Source: Eledone cirrhosa
Taxonomy: Eukaryota
Direction: 5' to 3'
Assembly: GCA_964016885.1 (NCBI GenBank)
Contig: OZ024740.1
Span: 261,330,001-261,394,000, forward strand
Length of the DNA stretch: 64,000 bases
Shown here: positions 1 to 13,059 of the stretch, piece by piece
Numbering within the stretch: the first letter of the stretch is position 1
Layout of the letters: every line of letters starts with the position of its first letter
Notes under the pieces: model-generated
Database searches by the model: none
Seen by the model: only the letters and a program-made list of their open reading frames with translations
Told to the model about the DNA's origin: nothing
Position numbers and translations under genes: made by a program

Positions 1-135
1 TAAAAATAATTTTTAAATAATTAAACTATACACAGACATGTATATAATGTGAAATGAAACTGGAAGGCCCATATATATACGTGTGTGTATGTATATATAT
101 ATATAAATGTGTGTGTTTGTATACATATATATATA

Positions 136-2420
136 AGAGAGTATTGAAGTTTGATTGAAGCATTGTGGAATAATAAGATATATTTTTTTTAGGTCGTTTT
201 GGAAGCAGTGTTGAATAGTGCGTGGTGGTAGTAGTATTCTCTGCCTGTTTGGTGAATGTTACTGTGTGTGTGCGTGTGTTGTTGTCTCGCTTGTGTGTGT
301 GTGTGTGTTGTTGTCTCGCTTGTGTGTGTGTGTGTGTGCGTGTGTTGTTGTCTCGCTTGTGTGTGTGTGCGTGTGTTGTTGTCTCGCTTGTGTGTGTGTG
401 TGTGTGTGTGCGTGTGTTGTTGCCTCGTTCGTCTGTATTAGCAGTGTAGTATGTTCGTATGGTGAATGCTACTGTGTGTGCGTGTGTTGCTGTCTCGCTT
501 GTGTGTGTGCGTGTGTTGCTGCATCGTTTGTTTACTTAAACCAACAACCTCATTTCGCTTCTCTCGGATCGGTTATTTATTTGTGGCCCTAGGCGTTTGA
601 TCCAAAGTGCTTCCTTGATTCGTAATGTGCCGACGTTTCTTTCCGTCGCTAGAATTGTGACAATTGAACGTCTCATAGATTCTGTTCGCCATGTCTTGGG
701 AAGATGTGAGGATATCGTCCACGTACCTTGAGAAAAAGGCGACGGCGTTCGGGTGGCAGGCGTTCAGTGCTTTGCGTTCGAGGCTGTCCATGTATGAGAT
801 CGCTAGCACACCCGACAGGCTTGAGCCCATGGGCAGTCCCGAGGTTTGCTGGTATGTATGTGTTGTCAACGAAGTTGGATAGGAGTTGGTGGATGTCAGT
901 GGTGGTGAGCCCGAAGCAGTGTAGGTCGGTGGATTGGACGCGTTCCATCAGTATATTAACGGCCGGGGCCGAGGTGTAGAGAGCGACATCTTCTCAAGAT
1001 ATGGCGAACAGAATCTGAGACGTTCAACAACACGGACGAGAACATTGATTTCAGTGTTGAACACCCCAGCGACGACGGGTCACTTGCCCTCCTCGACTTC
1101 CGAATCAACATCACGGAACAAGGAGGGATCCACTGCAACTTCTACCGAAAGGCAGCCTGCGGGGACCTGTTCGTCCACTACAGGTTCGCCCTCCCTAACA
1201 GTGCTAAAAGAGGATACATCACGAACGAGATCACGCGAATTAAAAACAGATGCAGCGATCCCGCGAGTGGTGTCACTCATACCAAGCGATTCCTCAAAGT
1301 GCTGGAGACGAATGGGTACCCTGTCTCACTCACACCAGACGCAAGAGGCAGAGAAACGCCCAAGGCAAGTGCTTCCTTAAAATACCACACCTGGGCGAGA
1401 ATACCACCAACGCTATCCGCAAGGCTATACGGAGGGAGGGCCTCGACATCCACCTGGCCCACTCCCTGCGAAGATGCCTCTCCAGGAAACCCGGGAAACC
1501 GACTGACGCGTGCTCCCTCAGTAACTGCTCGATGCGCCATACGAACTGTTGCCTACGCACATACGTCGTGTATAAGATAGAATGTAACAAGTGCAACCAC
1601 TACTATATAGGTAGCACAATCCGGCCGCTACACATCCGGATCAAGAAGCACATTAACACCAGGGCCTCATCTTTCCGGAAACAAAGACGGAAGGCCCATT
1701 GTCACAATTCTAGCGACAGAAAGAAACGTCAGCACATTACGTATCAAGGAAGCACTTTGGATCAAACGCCTAGGGCCACAAATAAATAACCGATCCGAGA
1801 GAAGCGAAATGAGGTGGTTGGTTTAAATAAACAAACGATGCAACACACGCACACAAGCGAGACAGCAATACACGCACACACAATCGAGACAACACACGCA
1901 CACACACAGTAATATTCACCACACAGGCAGAGAATACTACCACCACCACGCACTATTCAACACTGCTAATACCAGCACGAGCAGATAATACAATTGATTG
2001 ACAGTTAACGCCACCCCACTCCCACAATTAAAATAACTATTTTGGCCAACGACCTATACTTGACCGACCCCATTTCACGCACACGCGCGCTCTGCTGAAT
2101 ACCTCAGATATTCAAAACAACGAACAGCGGAGGACACATTTCGCACCTTTCCGACAGACAACCTTCCCCCCACCCCCCGGAAAAAACCCCAGTTGATAGA
2201 TGTGAATCCGAAATATATAGGGACAATTAAATCTCTCCCAAGGTAACTCTATCTCGTGATATTATTTTTATTTTTTACGCTCTTTCCTACGTTCTTCTAC
2301 ACACTATACATCTCAATCTACATTCACTTACATCTCTCTCTCTACCACCGGATCTTGTTACCCGGAGATTTAGCCATCTGCATTGTTGAGGCTTCCAAAA
2401 CGACCTAAAGAAAATATAAC
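136..2420 (+). mobile_element. Penelope-like retroelement, rearranged (inverted 5' part), with RT and GIY-YIG fragments
   Basis: Minus-strand RT motifs GLPMGS and RYVDD (573-869); plus-strand RT C-terminus (~1000-1260) and GIY-YIG VVYKIEC..C..YYIGST.R.L..RI..H (~1560-1655). 533-660 is the reverse complement of 1700-1830, and 188-205 of 2392-2409 (inverted pLTR). Confidence 0.9.
2187..2222 (+). ncRNA. Hammerhead-like motif (variant core) in Penelope pLTR
   Basis: CCC-CAGTTGA-TAGAT gtga ATCC-GAAA-TATA-TA-GGG; minimal type I layout with palindromic stem III, but a non-canonical core. Confidence 0.5.
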
Positions 2421-3225
2421 ATATATATATATATGTATGTGTGTGTGTATATATATATGTGGGTGTCTGTGATCTATATACACTGGTTATAGACACGCAC
2501 ACATATATATATACACAACACCAGCGCTCTCTATCTCTCTTCCATTCTGGCTGTATTACAAACCAGCAAGCAAACAAGCAATCACAGACTTTTAGTTATA
2601 TATATATATATATATATATATGTATAGAGAGAGAGAGAGAGAGAGAAAGAGGGGGGGGGGATTTTTAGGGAGATTTTGTTCTGTGTGAAAAAACACAACT
2701 ACCACCACAACCACTACTATGACTACCTCTCTCTATATATCTACAAGATTCCATTTTAGATCCAGTCAACAAGAAAGATGAACAAACCTGCCTCAACACT
2801 TAATTTTAAATCTTTAATTTTTAATTGATAAGCTGGATTTCACTGATACATCGAAACCGGTTATATTTTATATACATTATAAAACCTTTTTTAAAAATTG
2901 TCCCTCTTATTTTCTCATTGTCACTTTGACGAATCAATGAAGAAAAAAAGGAAAACAGGTCCTTCAATATATTTTCCGTGCTACTTCCAATTCCACCTTT
3001 TCACTATAATCACTGTTTTGTATATATATATAACTTAAATACACACACACACACACACGTGTGTGTGTGTGTGTGTGTATGTATGTATAAAGTTAAGGGC
3101 CGAAACACTTGTTTGGCGGAGTTTCTTACCACTACTTTGTGCTCTTCTATGTATAAATACAACTTTTGAATAATTATACTTTAGCTATGTGGTGTAGTAC
3201 ATCATTTTTTTTTTTTTTTTTTTAG

Positions 3226-4735
3226 CCACGATTCTGAGAGCTTTGCAGCCTCCGTCTCGGACGGACGTGCGGTCTATTCTCCACCAGGTACAGGTGACCC
3301 CCAAAGACGATGTCCTCATCTTCGGGTCACCGATCCACCCGCCGGTCATTCGCTCCACCATCAGGTTCAGGCTTCAACAACTCCAGACTCCCACGAGCCG
3401 ACTGAGCTTGATCGACGGCCACCCAGCCCTCTTTCTGTTGAGGAACTGCTTCGCCATGCCGAAGCTCCTCTATACCCTTTGTAACGCTCCGTGCTACACT
3501 CACACATCTCTCCTAGCTGACCTCGATACTTGTATCCGTGAAGCTGCCGAGAAGATATGCAACGTCAAGTTTGACGACATTAGATGACAACAGGCCACTT
3601 TACCTGTCAGGTATGGCGGCCTTGGCCTCCGGTCCCCGATCTCACTGGCTTTGCCGGCGTATCTTTCGTCGGTAACCTCGTGCCGCGTCCTCGTCAGCAG
3701 GGTTCTTCTAAAAACAATAGAATCCTCTGTGTTCAGAGAACATGAAGCCGCCTGTGAGACGTAGGACCGGCTGGGACTTAGCCCAGTAGACGTCCCCCCT
3801 CCTTCTCCCCCTGTTGACGTCAAGTCCCCCAAAGCACTTGGGATGCCATCCAGTGTAGCCTGGCTTCAGACAGGCTCACGCGCCAGCTCGACCAGCACCA
3901 CCTTGCCTGTTTTCGTGCGGCCTCCAAATCCCATAGTGGTGCCTGGCTCCATGCCCTGCCCTCATTCTCTACTGGCACGCAGATAGACAATAATAGCCTG
4001 CGCATCGGCGTTTCCTTGAGGCTCGGCCTCCGGATCTGCGAGCCACACCAATGTCGCTGCGGATCCACTGTGGACCCTTTCGGTCTCCACCCGCTTTCCT
4101 GTTGCCATAGTGCCTGCCGCCTTCCACGCCATGCTGCCCTCAATGAGGTCATAAAGCATGGTTTGGACGCTGCAGGCTTCCCTTCCCAGCTCGATCCGGT
4201 GGGGCTGGACCGAGGGGACGGCAAAAGGCCAGATGGCATGACCATCTTCCCGTTCCGCGGTGGCTAACCCCTTGTCTGGGATGCCACTTGCACCGACACT
4301 TTCTGCAGCCGAAACCTGGTGCAGTCTGCGATTAATCCGGGTTTTGCTGTACGTGTCGGGTGAGGAGGCTAAACTTCTCAAATACCGGTCGTTCTCCGAC
4401 AGGTTTGCGGTTGTTCCCCTGGCAGTGGAGACTTCTTGTATCCTCGGCCCTAGAGCTACCTCCCTACTCACCACCATAGGCGCTGAGCTGGCCAGCCGCA
4501 GGTGTGAGCCCCGCGAGTTGGAGTGGCTTTTCCAGCGCGTCTCCCTTGCCGTCGACCGGGGTAACGCCTTCTCCATTCTGATCGCCGGAGCTGTGGGTGG
4601 GGTGGGTGGGGGCATCGCGTATCAATCCATATTTAATTATGGTCTGCATGTTTATGTTTTGGATGTTGACTAAGACTGAATTGAAATGGTACAAATACAT
4701 GTAAATAAATAATGTAAAAAAAACAAAAAAAAATA
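3226..4735 (+). mobile_element. 5'-truncated RLE-type non-LTR retrotransposon (CRE-like), decayed
   Basis: QATLPVRYGGLGLR, zinc knuckle CRCG..VDPFGLHPLSC, RH..LN, RPDG and VWDAT endonuclease motifs; stops and frameshifts; AATAAA and A-rich tail at ~4703-4735. Confidence 0.85.
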
Positions 4736-5039
4736 TAAAATTAGAGGAAGGAATCAACATATACTCTCTCTCGTCGTGGCATTTGTTGAAGAGGCAGGTA
4801 CTTTACAAGAGACTTTAAGACTTATATAAAACTAATTTCGGGACAGAATTTGGGTGAGTTAGATTCTCAAGTTAGGCAACTAAATAAAGGGAAGACCACC
4901 TAAGCTAAGCGTTTTCTACAAGGTACTAAGAGTGCCAAAATATTTTTATATATTCTAAAATACGCAGTGTGCAAAAGAATTTAAAAAAAAAGTGTGAACT
5001 ATTTATTAAGGTATCTTCCCTTACTATCTTCCGCTATGA

Positions 5040-5355
5040 TAGCCTCTATAGCACTCTCTACTGATTAAAGGTAAGTTATTCCTTTACCATCAACAACACT
5101 TCCGCTATGACATCCTCACTCATTTATAAAATATATAAACAATGTATATATATATATATATATATTATTATTTCTTAACATATATTTGCAGTATCTTAGT
5201 AATAATTAAATAACTGCTGTTATTGAGAGATTATTTATTAGCAAGAATAAAATCGTAATATTCTGTAAGAAATAGTTCAAACTATACGTCCACGTTAATT
5301 TTAGATCTGGCAACTTCACATCTCAGATTATTTCATGTTAAAACTACATTATTTT
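5040..5355 (+). promoter_or_regulatory. Predicted non-coding exons 1 (ending 5070) and 2 (~5246-5355) of ZNF gene 1
   Basis: GTAAGT donors at 5071 and 5356; this block is homologous to the reverse complements of 19556-19880 and 28850-29140 upstream of the other two ZNF genes; ACTTCCG ETS-like motif at ~5098. Confidence 0.6.
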
Positions 5356-6039
5356 GTAAGTATCACTAATATAATTTAATTATATTTTTTATTGAAAACA
5401 AAAAAAAATATTGTAAAGAAAACTCCGAGGTACTTCTCAGTTTTCTAAAAAAAAAAAAATAGTTATGTTATTTCCAACGCGTTTCGAGGTCAGATTCGTT
5501 GAAAACACGAAAAAAATAAATAAAAAGCAGTAAAAAAATATCCCATTGAACGCAAGATTGGTGTAATCTATAAATTTACTAAATTCTTTCTTTAAATATT
5601 TACACTTTATATATTTTCACCAATTCTGCACCTCTTACGCCTTGCCACGAAAGCTTTTATTTTGGCACTGATTCTCTAACGGTTGCCTTGTCTCTTGTAA
5701 GACGAAAAGTTTAGCTGGCCTCCTATGATACACGCATTTATGTCACTGTTACAGCTCACATTTATGAAGGTTTAGCTAGCCTGCTATGAGGTTGCATTAC
5801 ATTGGAGATTTATAGAAATTGTTTTTTTTAATGAAAAGGAGCGGGAAATAAAGTCTCCTGCTCAAGAACAGAACTCGCTACCCGGCCCAGGAAGACAAAA
5901 TCATCAACATCACCGTTTAGCTTCCATTTTCCATGCTTACATGGGTTGGACGGGTCGTCCACGTCGGGAGAGAAGTCTGCCCAGAATTAGCCACGCCGTA
6001 CCTTGCTCCGACGAGACTGTAAATTTGGCCGTGGATTTT

Positions 6040-6310
6040 ACTATATATATATAGCGAGGGTTTGTTGATTGTGTTGGTAATTGATTCGTTTATTGCGTGT
6101 GTGGTCACTGTTATGTGATACACTGTGACCAGAGGTTGCATGTGTGCAGGTGAGTAAATGTTCATTAAGATAATATGAAAGTTCCTTTATCACGCAGAAA
6201 ATGAATATATATAAACGAACCACGATAACACCAAACCGCTATATTATAAATTTATTGATTACAACTCACGCCGAAGCTATACGAAAAATACACAAGAATT
6301 ATGTACATTG
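6040..6310 (-). mobile_element. LTR-like repeat, inverted copy of 29815-30110
   Basis: Close reverse-complement match over ~270 bp; the other copy is followed by gag-like sequence. Confidence 0.65.
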
Positions 6311-6786
6311 TTTGTAAAAGTAGAGTTAGTAAAGTCATATTTACCATGAAGTCATATTTATCATGAACTTTAGTCTTGGTTAAGAGAGAGATCAAGAGAT
6401 AGAGATTGAGTAAAAGAGAGAGTAAGAGTCTGTAGAAAGCAATAGTCTAGACTATCAAGAACTGTTTCGATTAATGAACATCGCTGTTTATCCGTTCCTT
6501 GTCACTTTGGATTACCTTCTTGATTGTAACTTTGTGTAAGACGTTGTCTGAAGAGAACATGGCAGTGGCTTCTACCCCGAATTACGTAACCAATGTCGTC
6601 CTCGAAATCAATAAAGGACTTTATCATCTTAACTTTGTATTTCCTTATTCTAAAAACAGTCCGTCACTCCTGTTTGGAAAATACACGTTGAGATCTTGAA
6701 TTGATCAGTATATTTACTATATATCATCATCATCATCATCATCATTTTACGTCCGCTCTTCTCTGCTTGCAAGGGTGATTATATAT

Positions 6787-6973
6787 AATAATTGTTTCTA
6801 CTTTTTGGCACAAGGCCAGCAATTATCCTAGTGTATTACTGGTACTTTATTTTATCGACCCCGTAAGGATGAAAGGCAAAGTGAACCTCGGCGGGATTTG
6901 AACTCAGACCGTAGAGGGACGTAACTGTGCTGCAAAGCATGGCGTCCGACCCTCTACCGATACTGCCAATCCA
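6787..6973 (-). mobile_element. tRNA-derived SINE with Nin/Deu-like central domain
   Basis: A box TGGCAGTATCGG, B box GAGTTCAAATCC, CCTTTCATCCTTACGGGGTCGATAAA core, ATT tail; many copies in the window. Confidence 0.85.
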
Positions 6974-7054
6974 AATAATAATAATAAATGTGAAGACTAA
7001 AATCCCAAAAGGATTTCGGTTGCAACGTTTTTCGAAATATTTACTTCTGCGTTC

Positions 7055-7131
7055 ACAGATTGTTTTTTTTTAGTTTCAGAAGATCCCGTTAAGGGTGAAA
7101 GCAGCGATTCTTTGCTTAAACTTTAATCTGT
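7055..7131 (+). ncRNA. Type I hammerhead ribozyme-like motif (U4A core), copy 1
   Basis: Stem I AGTTT/AAACT extended by ACAGATT/AATCTGT; CAGAAGA; stem II CCC/GGG; GAAA; stem III AGCA/TGCT; near-identical copy at 48085. Confidence 0.65.
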
Positions 7132-8301
7132 TATTTTAATAAATATATATTTGTACATATATATATTTATGTGTGTGTAATGTAAGACAAACAAGTTTAT
7201 TTCCTGGAATCGATTATAATATATCTGAAGAAACAGACAACAACAGTTTAAACGATGTTAAGCAATCCAGTTTTCAACGATTGGGGAAAAAAAATAACGC
7301 TAGTCCACCACGTAAGCTTGTTTTGGTAACATAAAAAAAAAGAATCCAGTTCACTATGTAAGGTGTTGGTGACACAAAAAGCGCCTAATCTACCCTGTTA
7401 GATAGTCGTTTTGGTGCCAAAATAAAAAGCACCCAGTCCACATTGTAACATAGTTGGCGTTATACAGATCTGTATGAGCAAGACATAGTCACTTGATCTG
7501 ACTTGTCTCATAATGTGACAACACATCTAACCCATGCAAGCATGGAAAAATAAACGTTAAATGATTATGACGATGTAGACAATTGCCACAAGGTTATAAA
7601 GGTGAATTGTTGGCAGAAGGGTCTTTACTGCAGATTGATTATTGAACTGGTCGGCAGTGAAGGGGCTAACGAGACTTTGACTTTAGGGACAGATCGTTTC
7701 TCCTTACACTTTGTAAATATTTGTAACACAATAAACACTGTTGTACAAAACAGTGCTTGTTGTTGTTTTACATATAGCTTAACTGAAGCTATAGTAAATA
7801 TATATTTTGGCTAGTCTAATTTCACCAGTTAGTGTCAAGTATTTTCTCTTCTGTAATTGTTACCAGTGTCTTATGTTTTCTTTCATTGCAGGTCATCTGA
7901 TGACATTGGAATTAAAATATATCACTGAGGATTTTCAACACTATTAAATTTCAAAGATTAAAAATAACTTTAAGCTGATGTCAGCCAATTTCTACAATTC
8001 ATTATTGAATGGATTGAAAATATTTCTTGGAGTTGAGAATATTTTCAAAAATTCCTAGACAAATGTTTACCAGTCAATTTTCTGAACTTCAAAGATTCAC
8101 CACAAGGTTTTAACTGTCATATATATTCTCTTCGTTACTCTTGCTTGATGGAATTGGGGCCATTAGGTCAGCGATCATATGTATAATGACAGTAATTTCT
8201 GGAATTATTTTGTCAATTGGAGCTTGTCTAATTATCCTTTACTTGCTGGTTATTAACACATAATTCTGTCCTAACATGATGAGATTTTAACAAAGAAAGT
8301 T

Positions 8302-9207
8302 ATGGAAGAGAAAGCAGTACCTGAAACTAACCAGACACAGGAAAATACAGATGTGAAATCTCACTCTTGTGATATATGCGGAAAGTTATTCACTACAAGA
8401 AATTTGTTATCTTGCCATAAATGTATTCACAAAGGAAAAAATCAGCACCAGTGTGATGTCTGTGGTAAAAACTTTTCTACAAAAGGTTGTTTAAATTCCC
8501 ACAAGACTATTCACACTGGTGAGAAACCATATCGTTGTGATGTCTGTGGTGAAAAATTTTCTAGAAAGGGTCGTTTATCTGATCACATACGTATTCACAC
8601 AGGAGAAAAGCCATACCGATGTGAGATCTGTGATAAATCATTTTCTAGGAAGGATCATTTCTCTCAACATAAACGTGTTCACACAGGAGAAAAGCCATAC
8701 CTCTGTGATATTTGTGGAAAAAATTTTTCTCATATAGGTCGTTTATCTATCCACAAACGTAGTATTCACACAGGGGAGAAACCATATGACTGTGATATCT
8801 GTGGTAAAGCATTCTCTGAAACTGGTCATTTAGTTTCCCATAAACGTACTCACACAGGAGAGAAACCATATCATTGTGATATCTGTGGTAAAACATTCTC
8901 TGTACGTAGTAATTTAGTTTCTCATGTACGTATTCACACCGGAGAAAAACCATACCAATGTGATATCTGTGATAAAACATTCTCTACAAAGGGTCATTTG
9001 TCTGGGCACATCCGTATTCACAAAGGAGAAAGACCATACCACTGTGATGTCTGTGGTAAAACATTCTCTCAAAGTGGTCATTTCTCTAAACACAAACGTA
9101 TTCACACAGGAGAGAAACCATACCATTGTGATATCTGTGGTAAAACATTTTCTAGAAATGATGCATTAACTCGACACAAACATATTCACACAGGCGAGAA
9201 ACCATAA
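8302..9207 (+). CDS. C2H2 zinc-finger protein, 10 fingers, no KRAB/BTB/SCAN domain
   Basis: Intact 301-aa ORF with CxxC-x12-Hx3-4H repeats and TGEKPY linkers; acceptor TTGCAG at 7891; AATAAA at 9237. Confidence 0.95.
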   Translation: MEEKAVPETNQTQENTDVKSHSCDICGKLFTTRNLLSCHKCIHKGKNQHQCDVCGKNFSTKGCLNSHKTIHTGEKPYRCDVCGEKFSRKGRLSDHIRIHTGEKPYRCEICDKSFSRKDHFSQHKRVHTGEKPYLCDICGKNFSHIGRLSIHKRSIHTGEKPYDCDICGKAFSETGHLVSHKRTHTGEKPYHCDICGKTFSVRSNLVSHVRIHTGEKPYQCDICDKTFSTKGHLSGHIRIHKGERPYHCDVCGKTFSQSGHFSKHKRIHTGEKPYHCDICGKTFSRNDALTRHKHIHTGEKP

Positions 9208-10149
9208 CCATGTACTATTGTAGAATATTTTGTGCAAATAAAAATATATTTTATATTAAATGAATTTTTTTGAGTTTTTCCACACCACTGTCATTCATAT
9301 TGTAATGTCCATTATTCTATGCTAACAATCTATCTGAGGTCCTATTGCTTCTATTTTTTTAACTACCAGATTACCATAATTTTATATCCCTTGTCCATCT
9401 TTCTCTGTTCACAATATTGAACTTTTATCTACTTCCTTCCAGCATATTAAGCCATTTTCAAATATTTCTTTTACTCTGCTACAAACTAACACTATAATTT
9501 TAGTCATGTTCACCTTTAGGTCTTAAAATTGTTGACTATTCTTCCAAGTTTGGAATTTTTCTGTAACTTGCTTAGCATGATCATTAGCAAATATAAGTTC
9601 CCAAAGAGAACAATCTTGAACACCTGTGTTACATTCTCTGTAATAACTAATGAAACTGCGAAAGGAACCTCGGCAGACACTTAACTGAATGCTAAATTTC
9701 TCTGTATGGTTCAAAGAGGTCATTTACATATAAATAAATTCATTGGTATGTTTGCCATGAAAGAAGGGAGTCACATAGAATGGAGAGGACTTTTCTTGCT
9801 ATGTAGGAGCACAGCAACCTCTCTGGTGCTGGTGTTATGATAAAATGTACCCAGTACATACTGTAAAGTGATAATGCTGGTGCCACAAATGCACTCTGTA
9901 CATTCTGAAAAGTGTTAGCACTAGGAAGGGCACCTAACTAGAAATCATGCCAAAACATGGAACATATGAGCAAGATGTGGTTATCCGACCATGTCATCAA
10001 TTAGACAATGACAACCTGTCCAACGCATGGAAAATGTATGCAGAAGATATTAATAATTTTATTAAGGTCAAGTCAGTGTCCTGTTACTCTGGAGTTTCGC
10101 CTGTGTGTTCACATGGTCATTACAGTCCCTGTAAACACAAGTGAAACTA

Positions 10150-11530
10150 CAAAATAACAGTACACAGGCTCAACCTTAATAAAATTGTTGTGTAGGGAAA
10201 GCAGCTGGACCATCCAATATAGTTGCTGAGATACTAAAAACATGTGTCATGGGAGGTTACTTGTCAGATGTATAATTAATCAAGTGGTACAGGATGGTTT
10301 CTTAGTCAATGACTGCTTCAAAGGCAAAGGTGCGGCCCTAGAGAGGTAATTAGAGGTATCAAGTTGATAAGATGGCATGAAATTAATAGCACAACTAATT
10401 AGGGATATAATCTAGATGAGATGTAGTTCAGTTATGTTTTATTATCTTGGTAGAGAATTTTAACTTTGATATCTGATATAACATTTTGTTGGCGTAAGAT
10501 GTGGAAATCAATAAAAAAAAAAAACACCAGAAACATTCTTTTCATGAGGGAAGGTATATGCATGGAGCTCACTTCTCAATCTACCTTTGTTCATTGTTCT
10601 TCAGGCCATAACAGAGGAATTTAAGACTGGCTGTCCATAGGAGCTTCTATATGCTGACTATCTAATCCTTATAGCTGAATCCATGAAAGAGTTAGAGGCA
10701 AATTTCCAGATGTGGAAAACAAGTCTAGAATTGAAAGGTCTAAAAGTAAACTTAGCAAAAACTAAAGTCTTAATAAGTAGGAGAGAAGACAAGATTCTGA
10801 CACTGCCTAGGAAATGGCTTTGTTCGGTATATCAAAAAGGGATAGGTAGAAGTTCAGAGGTGCTCTGTAATTTCTGGATGCACAAGAGATAAAGTGGGAT
10901 TACAGAAAGTAGACATTACATGTAAATGTAAAGAAGAAATAAGCACTAAAAGCACACATGAAATAGATTACCTAAATTGTCCAGAAGTTTACCTAGAAGT
11001 TATTAATAGTTTTTGTTACCTAGGAGACCTAATCAGTAGTGTGGGAAGATGTTCTGAAAGTAGCTCGAGCAAGAATGGACTGGGAGTAAATTTAGGGAGA
11101 TAATACCTCTACTGATATCAAAGGACCTCTCTCTAGGTGAAGGGTAGACTGTGCAATGAATGCATGAGACATGAGCCTTGGCTGCAGAACACCACTGAAG
11201 TCTACAAAAGAAAAAAAACGAGTATGCTCCGGTGGATGTGCAATGTTAGTGTGCAAGAACAATGCAGCATAAATCAACTGGGAGAAAAATTAGACATATG
11301 AGGAACTGGATGTAGTGTGCAAGAGAGAAGACTGTTGATATGGATATGCAATGTGTATGAAAGATGATAGAAGTATAAAAAAATGCAGAAATCTCAGTGA
11401 ATGGGAATTATGGAAGAGGCAGAGCTAGGAAAACATGGGATGAAATAATGAAGACCAATTCTAGGAAGCAGAATCTCACAAAAGATCACAAGGTTTGGTT
11501 ACATGGAATACTGGGGAAGACTTGCCCACC
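10150..11530 (+). mobile_element. Decayed RTE-clade LINE fragment
   Basis: Degenerate RT (ELLYAD, GLKVNLAKTKVL, FCYLGD) collinear with the 54100-55700 copy. Confidence 0.85.
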
Positions 11531-11579
11531 AGTATAAATATGTGACCTGACCTGTCCTATACATGATCCACCTTCCACT

Positions 11580-11830
11580 ATCATTCCTTACCATGCTAGC
11601 AGGGGTTAGATGAGTTGTCCTGTTGTGAGACAAGTCAGATCAGATGACAATGTCTTGCTCATACAAAACTGATTTTAGCTTGGTTTCTATGGTTTGATAC
11701 CCTTCCTAACACCAACCACACTTACTGTGGACTGGGTGCTTTTTGTTGACACCTACACGACCACTTTACAGTGGGGACTGAGCACTTTTTGTCAGCAAGA
11801 CAACTACTTTACAGTGTGAAGTGGCCACTG
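11580..11830 (-). repeat. RTE-type 3' tail / SINE with ~48-bp units
   Basis: ccatgctagc...cccttcctaacaccaaccac followed by repeated accactttacagtgtggactgggtgcttttt units. Confidence 0.7.
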
Positions 11831-13059
11831 GTGTGTGTAAGTAGGGTGGGCATTGGAAAGGTAGGTCTAGAGTGGGGTCCTTAACTGGTGAAGAATGGAG
11901 TGTTAGGACATGGGAAGGGGAGAAGTTGTGCATACTAGAGACCACTAGATGTTTGTTTCAACCTGTGCACATGGAAAGTACTGCATAAAATTTGAAATGT
12001 AAATTACTATAATAATAGTTAATCAGTATCAATAATAGTTGATAAAATCAGGTAATATATCCATGTCCACTTTTTTTTTTTTATGCACGATTTTCTAAAC
12101 TATAATTTATAATGATCTACTATTATAGTTATTTACGTTGGGCCCACTACATGTGTGTGAGTGTGCATATGTATCTGACATTATGCGGTATTGCAACGAA
12201 TAGAGGGAAGCTGTGCTGGAAAAGTCCCAACCAATCCATACAAGCATTGGGTAAATGGATGTAAAAAAAAAATGATGATGTAAAGTTTAGTGTGATGCTA
12301 TAAGACCCCTTCTTTTATTTATTTGAAGTCATTATCTGTGAAAGGGTTTCTCGATCTGCAAAAATTTCCAGCCAAATCATTTTTAAAAATGGTTAAATAC
12401 ACAAGATACCAGTGAAAGGATGAATCATCATTTTATGTCTACTTTTCCATGCTTGCATGGATTGGATGGGTCCTTTTCAGCACAGCATCTCTTCACTTGT
12501 TGGGATCCTTTATCATCTCTACTGTGAGCTTCAGCAATTAGAGATCAAATCTCTCCACTTCTGCCAGGTCTTCCTTGTTTTGCCTCTACTGCAGAGAAAT
12601 AATTTCCAAATACATGGAAATACCTTCAGAGAACAGTAGCTACAAATTTGCACAAAGCAAGCTGTAGAGCTTCTATGAAGATGTCATACAAAATGCCTTC
12701 ACAAATACTAATAAACACCATTTACAAATAATCCAACAAGCTATACAACTTTACAGGGATAACAATAAGAAAATATTCTTTCTACCAACAGTACCAATGT
12801 ACTATTTTAATGAAAAAAATCTTAATTCTCACAGGATATAGAATGTTCAGAACAAATGGAAAAACATTTCTTAAATATAAATAAAAATTTAAGCTTTTAA
12901 TGAAATTGTATTTTCTATGATCCTATATATTTTCTCGTACATCATGCCAGTTATAGAAACATTGGATTATTGGAATGTTCTAGCAGGTACATTACTGTAT
13001 AGTCGACTTATGTTGTGACATAGTTAATATTTTGTAGTGTAAACATATTCTCTGCCTCC

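Larger units (their letters stand above)
1..2600 (-). mobile_element. Non-autonomous Helitron copy (3' end outside window), interrupted by a Penelope-like element
   Basis: 1-125 is the reverse complement of ~43360-43528, and 2420-2600 matches ~41810-41862 plus 42075-42200, both inside the Helitron that has TC...hairpin-CTAG ends at 41804-43593. Confidence 0.7.

Noticed and set aside
218-592. Cys/Val-rich ORFs
   Set aside because: Translation of (GT)n microsatellite within the inverted Penelope pLTR.
1-2600. Large inverted segmental duplication with 41800-43530
   Set aside because: Similarity is confined within Helitron-type termini, so dispersed TE copies explain it better.
2822-2866. Hammerhead remnant ending GAAACCGGTTA
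   Set aside because: The 5' core and stem II are too degenerate to call.
6548-6620. Hammerhead (CTGAAGAG...CTCGAAA)
   Set aside because: Core halves are present but I could not find a convincing stem I; at most a decayed copy.
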